Source: a virus
DNA: 64,000 bases
Strand: one strand, 5' to 3'
Virus record (IMG/VR): IMGVR_UViG_3300012948_000003
Coordinates: 1-64,000 of that record
Shown: piece by piece, positions 9,298 to 18,240 of the stretch
Layout of the letters: each line of letters opens with the position of its first letter
How positions within the stretch are numbered: the stretch's first letter is position 1
Notes under the pieces: generated by a model
What the model was told of the DNA's origin: nothing
The model's database searches: none
Seen by the model: the letters and a program-made list of their open reading frames with translations, nothing else
Program-made: the position numbers and the translations under genes

Positions 9298-10103
9298 CGG
9301 CGGTCTCGTTTCTCTTCCAGCTTCTTCACTGCTCGTGAATACTGTGATGCAGGGAGATCGTCGATGTTATCAATGTTGAAGAACTGACAGAAGACGTCTC
9401 TGTTCGCGTTCGTCTCGTCTATCAGCGATTGAATAGTGAGAAACTGATCTTTAGTGATCCTCTCTCCAGCTCCGAGACTGCCGAGCCGGGCATCGATGTC
9501 CTGATCTGCGGTTGCAATTCCCAGTGCTCCTATTAGGGTGTAGCGTTGTAGGTAAGCCACTGTTGAACCTCGTGCCTGTACAACATTCTTCGAGCCCGAG
9601 TTATCCGCCATCGCTGACATTGGCGTCTTTTCACTGTGACCGAGTGAATGAGAGATAATGCACGTAACCGAGATTCTGTCTTCAAGGTCTTCGATCTCCC
9701 AGCGCTTTGACAGACCGCATTCAAGCATAGCCGGGCGGATCACTTCATCGATGTCACCGAGAGGCGCATAGAAGTAATCGGTAGTGCCGCCGCTGCGACC
9801 TTCGAACTTGACCTGCTTACGTCGCGGGATACGTGGTACGATAGATTGGAAGTGAGCGAGAGCTGCGAAGAATGCTGCTTTCGCCTGCTGTTGATTCCAG
9901 CGCTCTTGCAGCTCCATTAAGCGCCCTAGTTTCTCGACGTCGAGATTCTGCTTTACTGCGAGAGTGAGCAGCTCTGCGGGATTGTTAGGAACATCGATCT
10001 GCTGCATTGCCATTTGCGGCGGTGCTTCTACTGCTACCGGGACTGGCTCTGCTTGATCTAGCAGGCTCCCGTTTCTTATTCCGTTCTTTGTCGTTCTTGC
10101 CAT
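9294..10103 (-). CDS. erf: ERF-family ssDNA annealing protein
   Basis: LERLMELQERW-like motif, YAPLGDI, HSLGHSE, QARGSTVAYLQRYTL...DQDID; adjacent to the exonuclease. Confidence 0.85.
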   Translation of the reverse strand: MARTTKNGIRNGSLLDQAEPVPVAVEAPPQMAMQQIDVPNNPAELLTLAVKQNLDVEKLGRLMELQERWNQQQAKAAFFAALAHFQSIVPRIPRRKQVKFEGRSGGTTDYFYAPLGDIDEVIRPAMLECGLSKRWEIEDLEDRISVTCIISHSLGHSEKTPMSAMADNSGSKNVVQARGSTVAYLQRYTLIGALGIATADQDIDARLGSLGAGERITKDQFLTIQSLIDETNANRDVFCQFFNIDNIDDLPASQYSRAVKKLEEKRDRR

Positions 10104-10115
10104 TGAGTTGTTCTC

Positions 10116-10340
10116 CTACTCGACAGCAACACAGACTCGTGTTGCGCCGGGTAATGTCGTCGTTTCTTTCTTGCCACGTGCGATCTTTATCACAGTGATG
10201 TTTCGCGGGGCTTCTTCTCGATCTTCAACGATGTATGTAGGATCGGTTGGTAGTGGATCATCTATTGCCAGCTCTGTCTTGAATATCTTGCCGACTGGCA
10301 CGGTAGACAATGGAATAGATTCCGTATTGAACTGGCGCAT
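10116..10340 (-). CDS. Hypothetical protein
   Basis: AAAGGAGA RBS, partly supplied by the palindrome. Confidence 0.6.
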   Translation of the reverse strand: MRQFNTESIPLSTVPVGKIFKTELAIDDPLPTDPTYIVEDREEAPRNITVIKIARGKKETTTLPGATRVCVAVE

Positions 10341-10348
10341 CAAGTCTC

Positions 10349-10366
10349 CTTTCTTTTAAAAGAAAA
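10349..10366. repeat. Dispersed palindrome copy 3 (17/18)
   Basis: CTTTCTTTTAAAAGAAAA. Confidence 0.95.
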
Positions 10367-10379
10367 TTTGAGGAAGGAG

Positions 10380-10410
10380 AGGCGGAGGCGTATATCCGAC
10401 GCCCCCGCCT
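10380..10410 (-). terminator. GC-rich hairpin at the 3' end of the tRNA-like RNA region
   Basis: AGGCGG-A-GGCGT/ACGCC-C-CCGCCT inverted repeat; no clear U-tract. Confidence 0.4.
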
Positions 10411-10431
10411 GTTGTCTATTCTGGTAAATAG

Positions 10432-10599
10432 ATTGTCGTGACTTCACGTTGTCAATGGCGTTTAATCTAGTGATTCATTTCTCAGCAAGGCCGCTCTACC
10501 ACTAAGCTACCCCGGCATAAGATGGAGCCGGGGGACGGGATTCGGACCCGCGTCTGCCAAAGGCCGATCACCAGAGGTCGATCTGACAACCACGACGAT
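10432..10599 (-). ncRNA. Circularly permuted tRNA-like module 2 (YrlA/Y-RNA-like topology)
   Basis: - strand order: T-arm GCGGG-TCCGAAT-CCCGT, C, CCCCGGC, linker TCCATCTTAT, GCCGGGG, D-arm TAGCTTAGTGGTAGAGC. Enclosed by GTCGTG-GTTGTCA/TGACAAC-(bulge)-CACGAC. Confidence 0.75.
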
Positions 10600-10606
10600 A
10601 CTGAAC

Positions 10607-10756
10607 TTTTGAGGAATAGTCTAAGATTAAACCGGGCAGCGATTGCTCGCCGTGTCTACCATTCCACCACCCCGGCATAAGTAGTGCCGGGGGACAGGAG
10701 TCGAACCTGCAAGCCCGTTTCGTTAGATTAAGTCTCAAGCTCAGATTCCCTCAAAC
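10607..10756 (-). ncRNA. Circularly permuted tRNA-like module 1 (YrlA/Y-RNA-like topology)
   Basis: - strand order: T-arm GCAGG-TTCGACT-CCTGT, C, CCCCGGC, linker ACTACTTAT, GCCGGGG, D-arm TGGTGGAATGGTAGACAC. Closed by CGGGC/GCCCG and TTTGAGGGAAT/ATTCCTCAAA. Confidence 0.8.
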
Positions 10757-10759
10757 TGT

Positions 10760-11491
10760 TTAGGAAAGCAGAAACCCGAAGATATGCTCTCCTACGCTAA
10801 CATCAGGAGCGTCCGCACTATTCGCTTCCTCACGAGCAAACCTCACTGCTTTCAGAAGCGTCTCTACGCGCTCTGCTAGTACCGCTTTGCGCGGTGCTGG
10901 CAATGCTCCCGAGTGTTTTACTGTATCCCAGTATCCGACGAGTATGTCCTCAGTAATCATCTGAGTCTGCGCTGGGTGTTCCTTCGTTGCCTCGTACATC
11001 ACGATAGGTCGCTGCGTTTTCTTTGTACGATGCGTTGCGATAGCCGCAGTCTTATACAGACCGCTCGCACCGTCTTCGGTCCACTCGTCCGCCTCGTCCA
11101 GTACGGGCATCTTTTCGATGAACGTTCTGATGTCGGTCAGCTGCTTTTCAAGGAAGAGCAGATACGTTGCCGGAACCGACTTCAAGAGCGTCGAACCGTT
11201 CACAACGACATCCGCTCTTGCGTTGCAGTTCGCCCAGTCCTTCTGAGCCGTAACGTCCATCAGTTCCGTAGAAAGTCTCGCAACCTTCTTCAGTACAGCA
11301 TCTGCCTTGAGCTGTACTACCTTCCGCTCTGGCGGATAGTCTTCGGCGCTCTCGTCCTGACGTCGATACGTCTTCGCGAACCCGTTGAACAGGTCCGGTT
11401 TCTTTGAAGCCTGATGAAGCTCCGTCACCTCGCCGTATACTCGGCCCTTCACGCCTTTCTCGATTGCTACAATTTGATTTAGCTTTGCCAT
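10760..11491 (-). CDS. Uncharacterised helical protein (243 aa) directly upstream of the tRNA-like RNAs
   Basis: AAGGAGA RBS. KLNQIVAIEKGVK...VPATYLLFLEKQL...HPAQ...AREEAN looks like a conserved uncharacterised family (recalled, not searched). Confidence 0.8.
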   Translation of the reverse strand: MAKLNQIVAIEKGVKGRVYGEVTELHQASKKPDLFNGFAKTYRRQDESAEDYPPERKVVQLKADAVLKKVARLSTELMDVTAQKDWANCNARADVVVNGSTLLKSVPATYLLFLEKQLTDIRTFIEKMPVLDEADEWTEDGASGLYKTAAIATHRTKKTQRPIVMYEATKEHPAQTQMITEDILVGYWDTVKHSGALPAPRKAVLAERVETLLKAVRFAREEANSADAPDVSVGEHIFGFLLS

Positions 11492-11524
11492 TCAGTTTAA
11501 GTCTCCTTACGATTTGCGCATCGC

Positions 11525-11557
11525 GCCACTATATACCTAGTAATAGTGGCTTGTCAA
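11525..11557 (-). promoter_or_regulatory. Sigma70-like promoter with overlapping inverted repeat
   Basis: TTGACA (11557-11552), 18 bp, TATAGT (11533-11528); GCCACTAT-N10-ATAGTGGC overlaps it. Confidence 0.6.
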
Positions 11558-12074
11558 CGATTCTTTCTGGTACCGGAATTCCTACGCGTTTACAATCTTC
11601 CATAGTTAATTCTCTCATGGTTATTACCGTTCTCTCGGGCTCGCCTTGCTCAACATAGACTCGCCACGCGTCCCAGTGAGCAATCCTGCTGTCATTCACG
11701 ACCCAGCCTGCGATTTGCGCTGCGTCTCCTACTGCCCTTTGGACTTTGTCTTGATCCTTCCCGCTCTTTGCAAAGACTGGCGCATCAGCTCTAAGAACAC
11801 CTTTCTTATAATGCTTCTGAGGTCTACGGGTCCATATCATCAGTTTCATTTCTACTGCTTCATCAATCGGATATCGTGGACGATCTCGCAACATCACCTC
11901 TACTAGTTGCTCTCTCCACGGTCGGGACTTTTCTGAATCATCGAGTATCAATGTCTTGCCCGTCTTCTTATTCCTAACGATACGCTTCGAGCCTTGACTT
12001 TGAGCCGGGCCAAAGACCATCGCTTGATAGTAGACTTCCTCTACGCCGCTGCTTCTCTCAATTTGTCCCTGCAT
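11529..12074 (-). CDS. rusA: RusA-like Holliday junction resolvase
   Basis: GPAQSQGSKR...PWRE...DQDKVQRAVGDA...NDSRI. Confidence 0.85.
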   Translation of the reverse strand: MQGQIERSSGVEEVYYQAMVFGPAQSQGSKRIVRNKKTGKTLILDDSEKSRPWREQLVEVMLRDRPRYPIDEAVEMKLMIWTRRPQKHYKKGVLRADAPVFAKSGKDQDKVQRAVGDAAQIAGWVVNDSRIAHWDAWRVYVEQGEPERTVITMRELTMEDCKRVGIPVPERIVDKPLLLGI

Positions 12075-12451
12075 TTCACGTACTCATCTCTAGCTGCATT
12101 GACATAGATTGGTTCTAAAAGACCAACTGCTTCTTTATAGTCCAGCCCAATTCTCTCAAGAGCCTGTTCATCTGTCGCTGTTCGCAGCTCCATAACGAGC
12201 AGTACTGCCGCTGGGGCGAAGCAAGCCCAGCGGTGCTTGCATATTCTCTTGCGGCGATTCTGACCTTCCCAACACGTGCAGCTATAAGCCGTGACCGTGT
12301 AAATAAGATCATCGCCGTATCGCTGAGACCAGCATCGCATAGAATCATTGCCGTCATTTCCTGATTGAACATAACCGTTTCCTATGAGCCACTCCGCTCG
12401 TGCGATACGGTCTTCAAAAGTCTGACGTTTTAACCGGGAGGACTTCTTCAT
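12041..12451 (-). CDS. SWIM zinc-finger protein
   Basis: YTV...CTC...ICKH. Confidence 0.7.
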   Translation of the reverse strand: MKKSSRLKRQTFEDRIARAEWLIGNGYVQSGNDGNDSMRCWSQRYGDDLIYTVTAYSCTCWEGQNRRKRICKHRWACFAPAAVLLVMELRTATDEQALERIGLDYKEAVGLLEPIYVNAARDEYVKCRDKLREAAA

Positions 12452-13079
12452 CTATTCGCTCCGGACAATCATTGGGAGTAATCTCACAGAACCCACACTC
12501 GTTTGCTGACGGCACTTTGATTGCTGGCTTATCGGCAGCAAGACGCTTAATCACGGCTCCTAGTTCCGTAATGAAGCCTATATCAATCGTTTCTGCCGGG
12601 ATATCTACAATGTCACCGTCCGCATAGATCAAACGTCCACGAAACCTCTTACCACGGAAGCGCTCAAAGAAGCGGGGCAGAGCATACATATAAATCTGCA
12701 CCTGTGGCATATGCGAATCCCGTTGTTGACCGGACTTCATGTCATCGACAACATAATCGTCGCCGTATGTCCATACTAAGTCAGGTTTACCACCGAGCGT
12801 TGCGAACGTACCTTCAAGTGCGAATTTGTTCTGACCTTCGGTCCAAACCTCACAACCCTGCTTTTGGAGATCGGCACGAGACGCTTTCAGCAACGCTGTA
12901 TGCTCCCGTTTCCATTTCGCGAAGTTATATTTACTCTTCAGCTTCTGATAATCTTCGAAGTGAGCCTTGAACCATACTGCCCACTCGCAGCTATTGTCAC
13001 CCGACAAAAGAGGGGCGAGCCACGTTGCGTAGATGTAAGGAAACTCACGCTTGATCAAAGCATCTTCTCCTTGACCCAA
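12414..13079 (-). CDS. PD-(D/E)xK nuclease, Cas4/RecB-like
   Basis: GKPDLV, VDDMKSG, QVQIY; N-terminal Cys plus C-terminal CGFC-x6-C (Fe-S ligand pattern). Confidence 0.85.
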   Translation of the reverse strand: MGQGEDALIKREFPYIYATWLAPLLSGDNSCEWAVWFKAHFEDYQKLKSKYNFAKWKREHTALLKASRADLQKQGCEVWTEGQNKFALEGTFATLGGKPDLVWTYGDDYVVDDMKSGQQRDSHMPQVQIYMYALPRFFERFRGKRFRGRLIYADGDIVDIPAETIDIGFITELGAVIKRLAADKPAIKVPSANECGFCEITPNDCPERIDEEVLPVKTSDF

Positions 13080-13324
13080 TCTCTTCCGGCTTGCGTCAAG
13101 CGAAGACCAGCGATCTGCTTATACTGCTTACCGGACACTTCTTCTTCTTCGATCCGCAACAAGCCTTCTTTCTTTAACTCCCTCAACTGACTGAAGAGCG
13201 CTGACCATTCCGACTTCTCACCCTTCGCGGGAGTATCGGGATATTCGCTACAAAACTCCCTGAAGGACATGTCGTCCGTATAAGGGATCACTTCCAGTAT
13301 TGTGAGCTTCTCTCTGTCGTTCAT
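13055..13324 (-). CDS. Hypothetical protein, possibly winged-helix
   Basis: GGAGGT RBS; LRELKKEGLL...LRLTQAGR. Confidence 0.55.
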   Translation of the reverse strand: MNDREKLTILEVIPYTDDMSFREFCSEYPDTPAKGEKSEWSALFSQLRELKKEGLLRIEEEEVSGKQYKQIAGLRLTQAGRDWVKEKML

Positions 13325-13442
13325 CCTACCTCCGCTAGTTCCATACAATCGATGTGGTAGACGAGTTTGTTCGTCGGATTGTAGTAAGCGTCCTCACCTG
13401 CGAGACACCACTCGTCACAGTAGTCGCATATCTGATCGAACA

Positions 13443-13670
13443 TCAACTCGATGATATAGGCTGTCGCCACTTCGCGCTCACCTCAACGATTGCCAGTACA
13501 TTGTTCACTCGCGCCAAAGCCTCCCAGCGTTCATCCGTCTGGTTATAGATCGGGTCCGCCAGTAGCTCAACGTAGTTATTATCGTCGCTGACAAGCACCT
13601 TACCCGCAAAGCCTGTCAGCGTGTTGGTACCAGCTTCAAGGTCCGTTAGACTCACAGTTCTTTTTCTCAT
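13443..13670 (-). CDS. Hypothetical protein
   Basis: ATGA-coupled to dnaB. Confidence 0.5.
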   Translation of the reverse strand: MRKRTVSLTDLEAGTNTLTGFAGKVLVSDDNNYVELLADPIYNQTDERWEALARVNNVLAIVEVSAKWRQPISSS

Positions 13671-15097
13671 GCCGCTCCGCCTTTGCCCCAACTGGAACCG
13701 CGAGTACGTTTGTAAGTCGGCTCGGGTTCTTTCTCCCTTAGTGCTAAATCCTCAAAGCGTGTATACGACTTGATGAACATCAGCTCGACTTCGCCTTCAG
13801 CTCCGTCGCGTTGCTTTGCGAAGATCACCTTCACGACTCCTTGATTCTCGTCGGTAGGCTTATAGAGTTCCTCCCGGTACAGGAACATCACGATGTCCGC
13901 GTCCTGCTCCAAACTCGCCGACTCGGCAAGGTCCGAGAGCTGCGGCATATGATCCGGCCTATTGTCTACTTCGCGGCTTGCTTGCGCTACTCCTAACACT
14001 GGCACATTCAAGCTGCGACTGAGATCGGTAAGCCCAGCGCCGACTTCCTGTACTGCAATGCGCAAGTCCCTGTAACGTCTCTTATACATCAGGCGTCGAG
14101 CCATCAGCTGAATATAATCAACTACCACGAGATCGAGACCATACTTGCTCTTATGCTGACGACAACGGCTCGTTAGCTGTTCCGGTGATAGGTCCGGTGT
14201 ATCATCGACTACGAACTTCATGATTGCCAGTTTACGCAGTGTGTCCGCTATCCGAGCCCACTCTTCTCTGTTCATATACCCGGACCGCATCCGGTATGAA
14301 TCAACGCGTGACATCGAGCTGAGTATTCGCTGAACTATCTTCTCTGACGGAGACTCAATAGAAGCGAGATAAACAGAGCCGCCTCTCTCGGGCTCTGCTA
14401 CATTGCAACTTATATTCGTCACTAGCGATGTCTTACCGCAGCGCGGACGAGCAACGACCAGTGTGAGGCCCGGCGTAAGCCCGAGCGTCATTCTGTCGAT
14501 GTCCTTGTACCCGGTACTAAGACCTATTAACGCATTCGGATCAGCGCTCTTCTGCTCATAAAAATCCACCAGTCGTCCGCCGACGATAGCAACGTGCTCA
14601 GCTCCTTCATGAACGTGACGCGACTCTGCAAGTGCGAAGACCTGTTGCTCTGTAGTCTGGATTACGTCTTCGAACGGCAGACCATCGAGCAGCCGGGACT
14701 GCGCCTCTTCCATTACCGCGAGCAATCGTCGCTTAGCCGCTGCCTCAACGATCAATGCGGCATACGGCTTCATGTCCAATCGGGGTACGCCATCGATCAG
14801 CGATGCGATGTATGTTGCGCCACCGATTCCTTCGAACTGATCTAATCGACGCAATTCCGCACAGAGCGTAATCAGATCGATAGGCAACCCTGCCGCCATC
14901 ACTGTCATCATTGCTCGAAAGACTTTCGCATTGCGAGACGATAGGTCTTCCGGCTGAAACAAGACAACCGCTTCATCGAGCGCATCCTGATTCAGCAGGA
15001 CCTGTCCTAAGCAGCACTTCTCCGCTTCCAGCTCGAACGGTAAGCCTCTCCTATAAATCTTGTCTTCTATCGGATCAAACTCGGGGTCTTCAATCAT
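13667..15097 (-). CDS. dnaB: Replicative DNA helicase DnaB
   Basis: N-terminal EAE..CLG/PIDLITL domain; ARPRCGKTS, VVVDYIQLM, PQLSDLAESASLEQDADIVMFLYR, AKQRDG. Confidence 0.96.
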   Translation of the reverse strand: MIEDPEFDPIEDKIYRRGLPFELEAEKCCLGQVLLNQDALDEAVVLFQPEDLSSRNAKVFRAMMTVMAAGLPIDLITLCAELRRLDQFEGIGGATYIASLIDGVPRLDMKPYAALIVEAAAKRRLLAVMEEAQSRLLDGLPFEDVIQTTEQQVFALAESRHVHEGAEHVAIVGGRLVDFYEQKSADPNALIGLSTGYKDIDRMTLGLTPGLTLVVARPRCGKTSLVTNISCNVAEPERGGSVYLASIESPSEKIVQRILSSMSRVDSYRMRSGYMNREEWARIADTLRKLAIMKFVVDDTPDLSPEQLTSRCRQHKSKYGLDLVVVDYIQLMARRLMYKRRYRDLRIAVQEVGAGLTDLSRSLNVPVLGVAQASREVDNRPDHMPQLSDLAESASLEQDADIVMFLYREELYKPTDENQGVVKVIFAKQRDGAEGEVELMFIKSYTRFEDLALREKEPEPTYKRTRGSSWGKGGAA

Positions 15098-15299
15098 AGC
15101 GTTCTAATCCTTCCGGGTTTACAACCTGCGGGAATTCCCGTCCGATCCAAAGGACAGACACTTTTCCACTGAACCACACATCTGTCACTATACCGAGCAA
15201 GTTAGGACTCTCGATCCATCTGACTTTGTCACCGACTTCAAATGGCTTCTTGCCTGATTGTACCGTGATTCGCCGAAACTGACTCTTTGATATTGGCAT
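15090..15299 (-). CDS. Small SH3-like hypothetical protein
   Basis: FEVGDKVRW...GIVTDV. Confidence 0.55.
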   Translation of the reverse strand: MPISKSQFRRITVQSGKKPFEVGDKVRWIESPNLLGIVTDVWFSGKVSVLWIGREFPQVVNPEGLERYD

Positions 15300-15604
15300 T
15301 ACTTTCTGAACACCTTTCGCTTCTTAGGCGCTTTTTCTGTCTGACAGATACAGGGCTTCCATCCGTCTTCTTCTCGTACTGCGCCGATGTCTTTACACCG
15401 TTCGCACTTGAACTTCACCTCCTGAGCTAGATTGCCTGCTTGCTTCATAAGCCTGTCTACAATACTGTGAGCAACGTACGCGACATCAGCAGGACCCGCG
15501 CCCAGTCGGCGACGTATCCTGATCATCAGGTCTTCATCTGACTCGGCGTACTTACCACGCTCACCGTCAGTGAAGTCGTACTCATCTCTCATCTCGTCCG
15601 TCAT
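15299..15604 (-). CDS. Hypothetical protein with zinc-ribbon (CERCKD.G...KPCIC)
   Basis: Cys motif like that at the N-terminus of helicase loaders; located upstream of dnaB. Confidence 0.55.
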   Translation of the reverse strand: MTDEMRDEYDFTDGERGKYAESDEDLMIRIRRRLGAGPADVAYVAHSIVDRLMKQAGNLAQEVKFKCERCKDIGAVREEDGWKPCICQTEKAPKKRKVFRK

Positions 15605-15697
15605 TACTACCCTTCCACTGATAAAACTTGTACATCAGCCACATGCCAGTAAGAAGACCCAATGCATAGCCGGGCCAGAAGATGTAATGAAATTCGC

Positions 15698-16420
15698 TCA
15701 TTCAGGCAAGCCTCCATCGAGATTCTGCTGGCAGTAATCAATGTACCGAGTCCAGTTGCTTTGCACTGTAGCCGGGCGCGGTGCGGTACGCACGGTATGA
15801 TACTTTGCTCCCTCGATCTTAATCCACCAGACCGGGAATGCTTCTATTGCGTCGATCAGGTCCTGTGTATCATGATCCGGGAACATTGCTCTATCGGCAG
15901 CGATCAGCTTCTTCGCTGCTATCCCAGTCTCGCCTCTGTCCCGTGGCGTCATTAAACCAGAATCGAAGTTGCAAGTTCGCATCAATGCGCCGTAGACCGC
16001 TTTGTAGAGCCGGGAGTCGTCGCTCTCGGGTTCCGGCTTCGGTTCTGGAGCCGGGACATCTCTGGTTACCTGCTCGTCGGCAAGTACGACCAGTGACTTG
16101 AGCGTTCTGATCTTCGAGTAATTCAGACCGTACCATCGCGTCGAATCCGTTAGCAGAAGCGTATTGTCAGAGATAAACATGAAACCTCTGCTGCATAACG
16201 AATCAAGAGTCTTCTTAACCTGCGTAACGGTAGCCCACGGGAAGAGAGCTTCGAGCTGCTTTGTCTCCAGTGCAACCATATGCCGTCCCTGCTTACGAAC
16301 CCCGTGTTTGTTGATCTGCGTAATCATTGTCAGCAAGATAATCGACTCTGCTAGGCCAATCTCTCTCGCAAGCGGACCATAGCTCACGAGAACCTCACCC
16401 GGTGGATATAGAACTTTCAT
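15698..16420 (-). CDS. Putative replication initiator (N-terminal wHTH)
   Basis: LAREIGLAESIIL...FPW....VKKTLDSL...TRWY.LNY pattern of phage replisome organisers; upstream of dnaB. Confidence 0.6.
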   Translation of the reverse strand: MKVLYPPGEVLVSYGPLAREIGLAESIILLTMITQINKHGVRKQGRHMVALETKQLEALFPWATVTQVKKTLDSLCSRGFMFISDNTLLLTDSTRWYGLNYSKIRTLKSLVVLADEQVTRDVPAPEPKPEPESDDSRLYKAVYGALMRTCNFDSGLMTPRDRGETGIAAKKLIAADRAMFPDHDTQDLIDAIEAFPVWWIKIEGAKYHTVRTAPRPATVQSNWTRYIDYCQQNLDGGLPE

Positions 16421-16758
16421 GCTACGTATTTGGGCGAATCGTCCGATCCCTCAACGATAATGTTCTCCGGTCGTGCTAGAGCATAGCCAGCGCTAACGCC
16501 AGTTAAAAATAATGAAACTACGACGCCAATATCTTCTTCGGCACCTAACGCGAAGCCTGTTGCGAAATCAAGGAATGGTCCACTACGCAATAGGACTGGA
16601 ATCAGCTCTCGCGCTAGGTAAGCGCAGCGATCCGCCCCTCTGATTGCATCGCTCTCATCTATCCAATGATCCGACGTAGGCATACAGGTCGCAGCTCTAA
16701 AAGCGCGGTCTAGTTCTTCATCGGTGAACTCTGGCAGCTTTACGCTTAAATGGCTCAT
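16417..16758 (-). CDS. Hypothetical protein
   Basis: AAGGA RBS immediately after a palindrome copy. Confidence 0.55.
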   Translation of the reverse strand: MSHLSVKLPEFTDEELDRAFRAATCMPTSDHWIDESDAIRGADRCAYLARELIPVLLRSGPFLDFATGFALGAEEDIGVVVSLFLTGVSAGYALARPENIIVEGSDDSPKYVA

Positions 16759-16765
16759 AGTTTCC

Positions 16766-16783
16766 TTTTCTTTTAAAAGAAAG
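16766..16783. repeat. Dispersed palindrome copy 4 (17/18)
   Basis: TTTTCTTTTAAAAGAAAG. Confidence 0.95.
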
Positions 16784-17005
16784 TTAATCCCACACGTCAT
16801 CGGCAAAGATACTGTCCAGATTGCCGGGGCGATAGGGGCGTCGTTGAATATAGGTTGGAGTACCTTCGTGATCCACCAACTTGAAGCCAGCTTGGCATTC
16901 GCCGCACTGGGTGAACTGTGGGTACTCGCAGTCTTTCGCGGAACACGGCACCGTGCGACCGCAGTCGTCGCAACGGTGCTCGTGTGGTTTCGTCGGATCG
17001 AACAT
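16784..17005 (-). CDS. Small Cys-rich protein
   Basis: HRCDDC...C...C...CGEC; GAGGT RBS. Confidence 0.55.
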   Translation of the reverse strand: MFDPTKPHEHRCDDCGRTVPCSAKDCEYPQFTQCGECQAGFKLVDHEGTPTYIQRRPYRPGNLDSIFADDVWD

Positions 17006-17013
17006 AGCTGACC

Positions 17014-17946
17014 TCAAACAGTCGCAGCTGCTTTGCGTCTGCTGGCTGGCTTCGTGAAAGTAGACACCGTCGCTTTCGCAGCAGTGAGAGGCGACGACAG
17101 GTCACGGTGAATCGGCTTCTCGTTCGGCAATGGAAACAGCTCGGTCTCCAGTGGCGTAGTCGGTACCTTACGCATCGTCTGCTTCTCGTAGAATGCCTTC
17201 AGAGCCAACTCGGTCTTCTTGTAGGTCTCCATACGCGAAACGAAGCGCCGGGCAGACTTGCTGCTGCCAATGAGCCAGTTCCGTAGTGCAATCGCCGCTG
17301 ATGCCTGCTCGCGACTCGTGAAACCAGAGACAAGTATTTCAGCGAACTCGTCAATCATTTCATGTTCTTTCTGATGCGTGTAGTAAGCTCGCGCCAGCGG
17401 TCCCTGTACTGGAGCAATCGTGACTCGCGGTATGGTGTGTCCCACATTATCAAAGGCATGACAGACATAGTTAATACCTTCGTGCCACTCCATATAGTAG
17501 CGCTCTAAAATCAAGGTGTCGCTACGAGCAACCCGTTGCGCATCGCTGTCCCGGACTGAGGTCATCATTACCTTCGCGATAGCGATGTGCCGTGGAGTAA
17601 CGTCGATACCTCTGGCGATCTTAATCTGCTCGTACGCCTGCCGTACCGCAGGTTGATCCAGAACCATCTGCGAAGCAGGATCAAGACCGCGTACAACGAG
17701 CAGGAGCGCAGGCTTGTCGGCAACAATAATAGCGGTCAACCTGTGCTGTCCGTCTATCAGTCTGCCTCGCGTATCAAAGCCAATGCCCTGACAAGTCGCA
17801 TACCATTCGTCGCGCTTCACCATCTGACTATAGAGAGCAACTCGGGAAGGTTTCATATTACGATTCTTCCCTGCTGCCTTTAGCCAATCCTCCGCCATCT
17901 TCGGAGTCACTGTCATGAACTTACAACTGAGGTTTGATCGATCCAT
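17014..17946 (-). CDS. ParB/Srx-like N-terminal domain protein
   Basis: VTP.MA..WL...NR...LIDGQHRLTAI; AAGGAGA RBS. Confidence 0.8.
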   Translation of the reverse strand: MDRSNLSCKFMTVTPKMAEDWLKAAGKNRNMKPSRVALYSQMVKRDEWYATCQGIGFDTRGRLIDGQHRLTAIIVADKPALLLVVRGLDPASQMVLDQPAVRQAYEQIKIARGIDVTPRHIAIAKVMMTSVRDSDAQRVARSDTLILERYYMEWHEGINYVCHAFDNVGHTIPRVTIAPVQGPLARAYYTHQKEHEMIDEFAEILVSGFTSREQASAAIALRNWLIGSSKSARRFVSRMETYKKTELALKAFYEKQTMRKVPTTPLETELFPLPNEKPIHRDLSSPLTAAKATVSTFTKPASRRKAAATV

Positions 17947-17955
17947 TGGGTCTCC

Positions 17956-18231
17956 TTACGGATGTGCTTTCGCTCCGTTCTCGCTCAGATAACGCTGGTA
18001 CCTGATAACGTGCGAACAAGGCGACAATGCATTTCTGCAATCGCAGTGCAAAGTGCCATCCGGTTTTACGATTAGTATGTGCGGACTGAAGCCGCCAGAG
18101 ATTCGAAAGACTTCGTCCTGTGGTTCAATCCGATAGTAGGTGAGATCGAGATCATTGCGCGTTCGAAGGGAATCAACGATCCCGAGATATTCAATTTTCA
18201 GCTTGAGCGCCCGTTTGTATTTGCTAGCCAT
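17956..18231 (-). CDS. SWIM zinc-finger protein
   Basis: CDC...PCSH. Confidence 0.6.
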   Translation of the reverse strand: MASKYKRALKLKIEYLGIVDSLRTRNDLDLTYYRIEPQDEVFRISGGFSPHILIVKPDGTLHCDCRNALSPCSHVIRYQRYLSENGAKAHP

Positions 18232-18240
18232 AGTTTCCAA

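Noticed and set aside
10490-10716. Ordinary tRNA genes (for example tRNA-Leu)
   Set aside because: Halves are in permuted order, there is no anticodon loop, and an extra C lies between T-stem and acceptor.
10724-10732. Exact match of spacer 13B (TAGATTAAG) within tRNA-like module 1
   Set aside because: The partner spacer does not match either flank, and roughly a dozen single 9-mer hits are expected by chance for 26 spacers on both strands of 64 kb.
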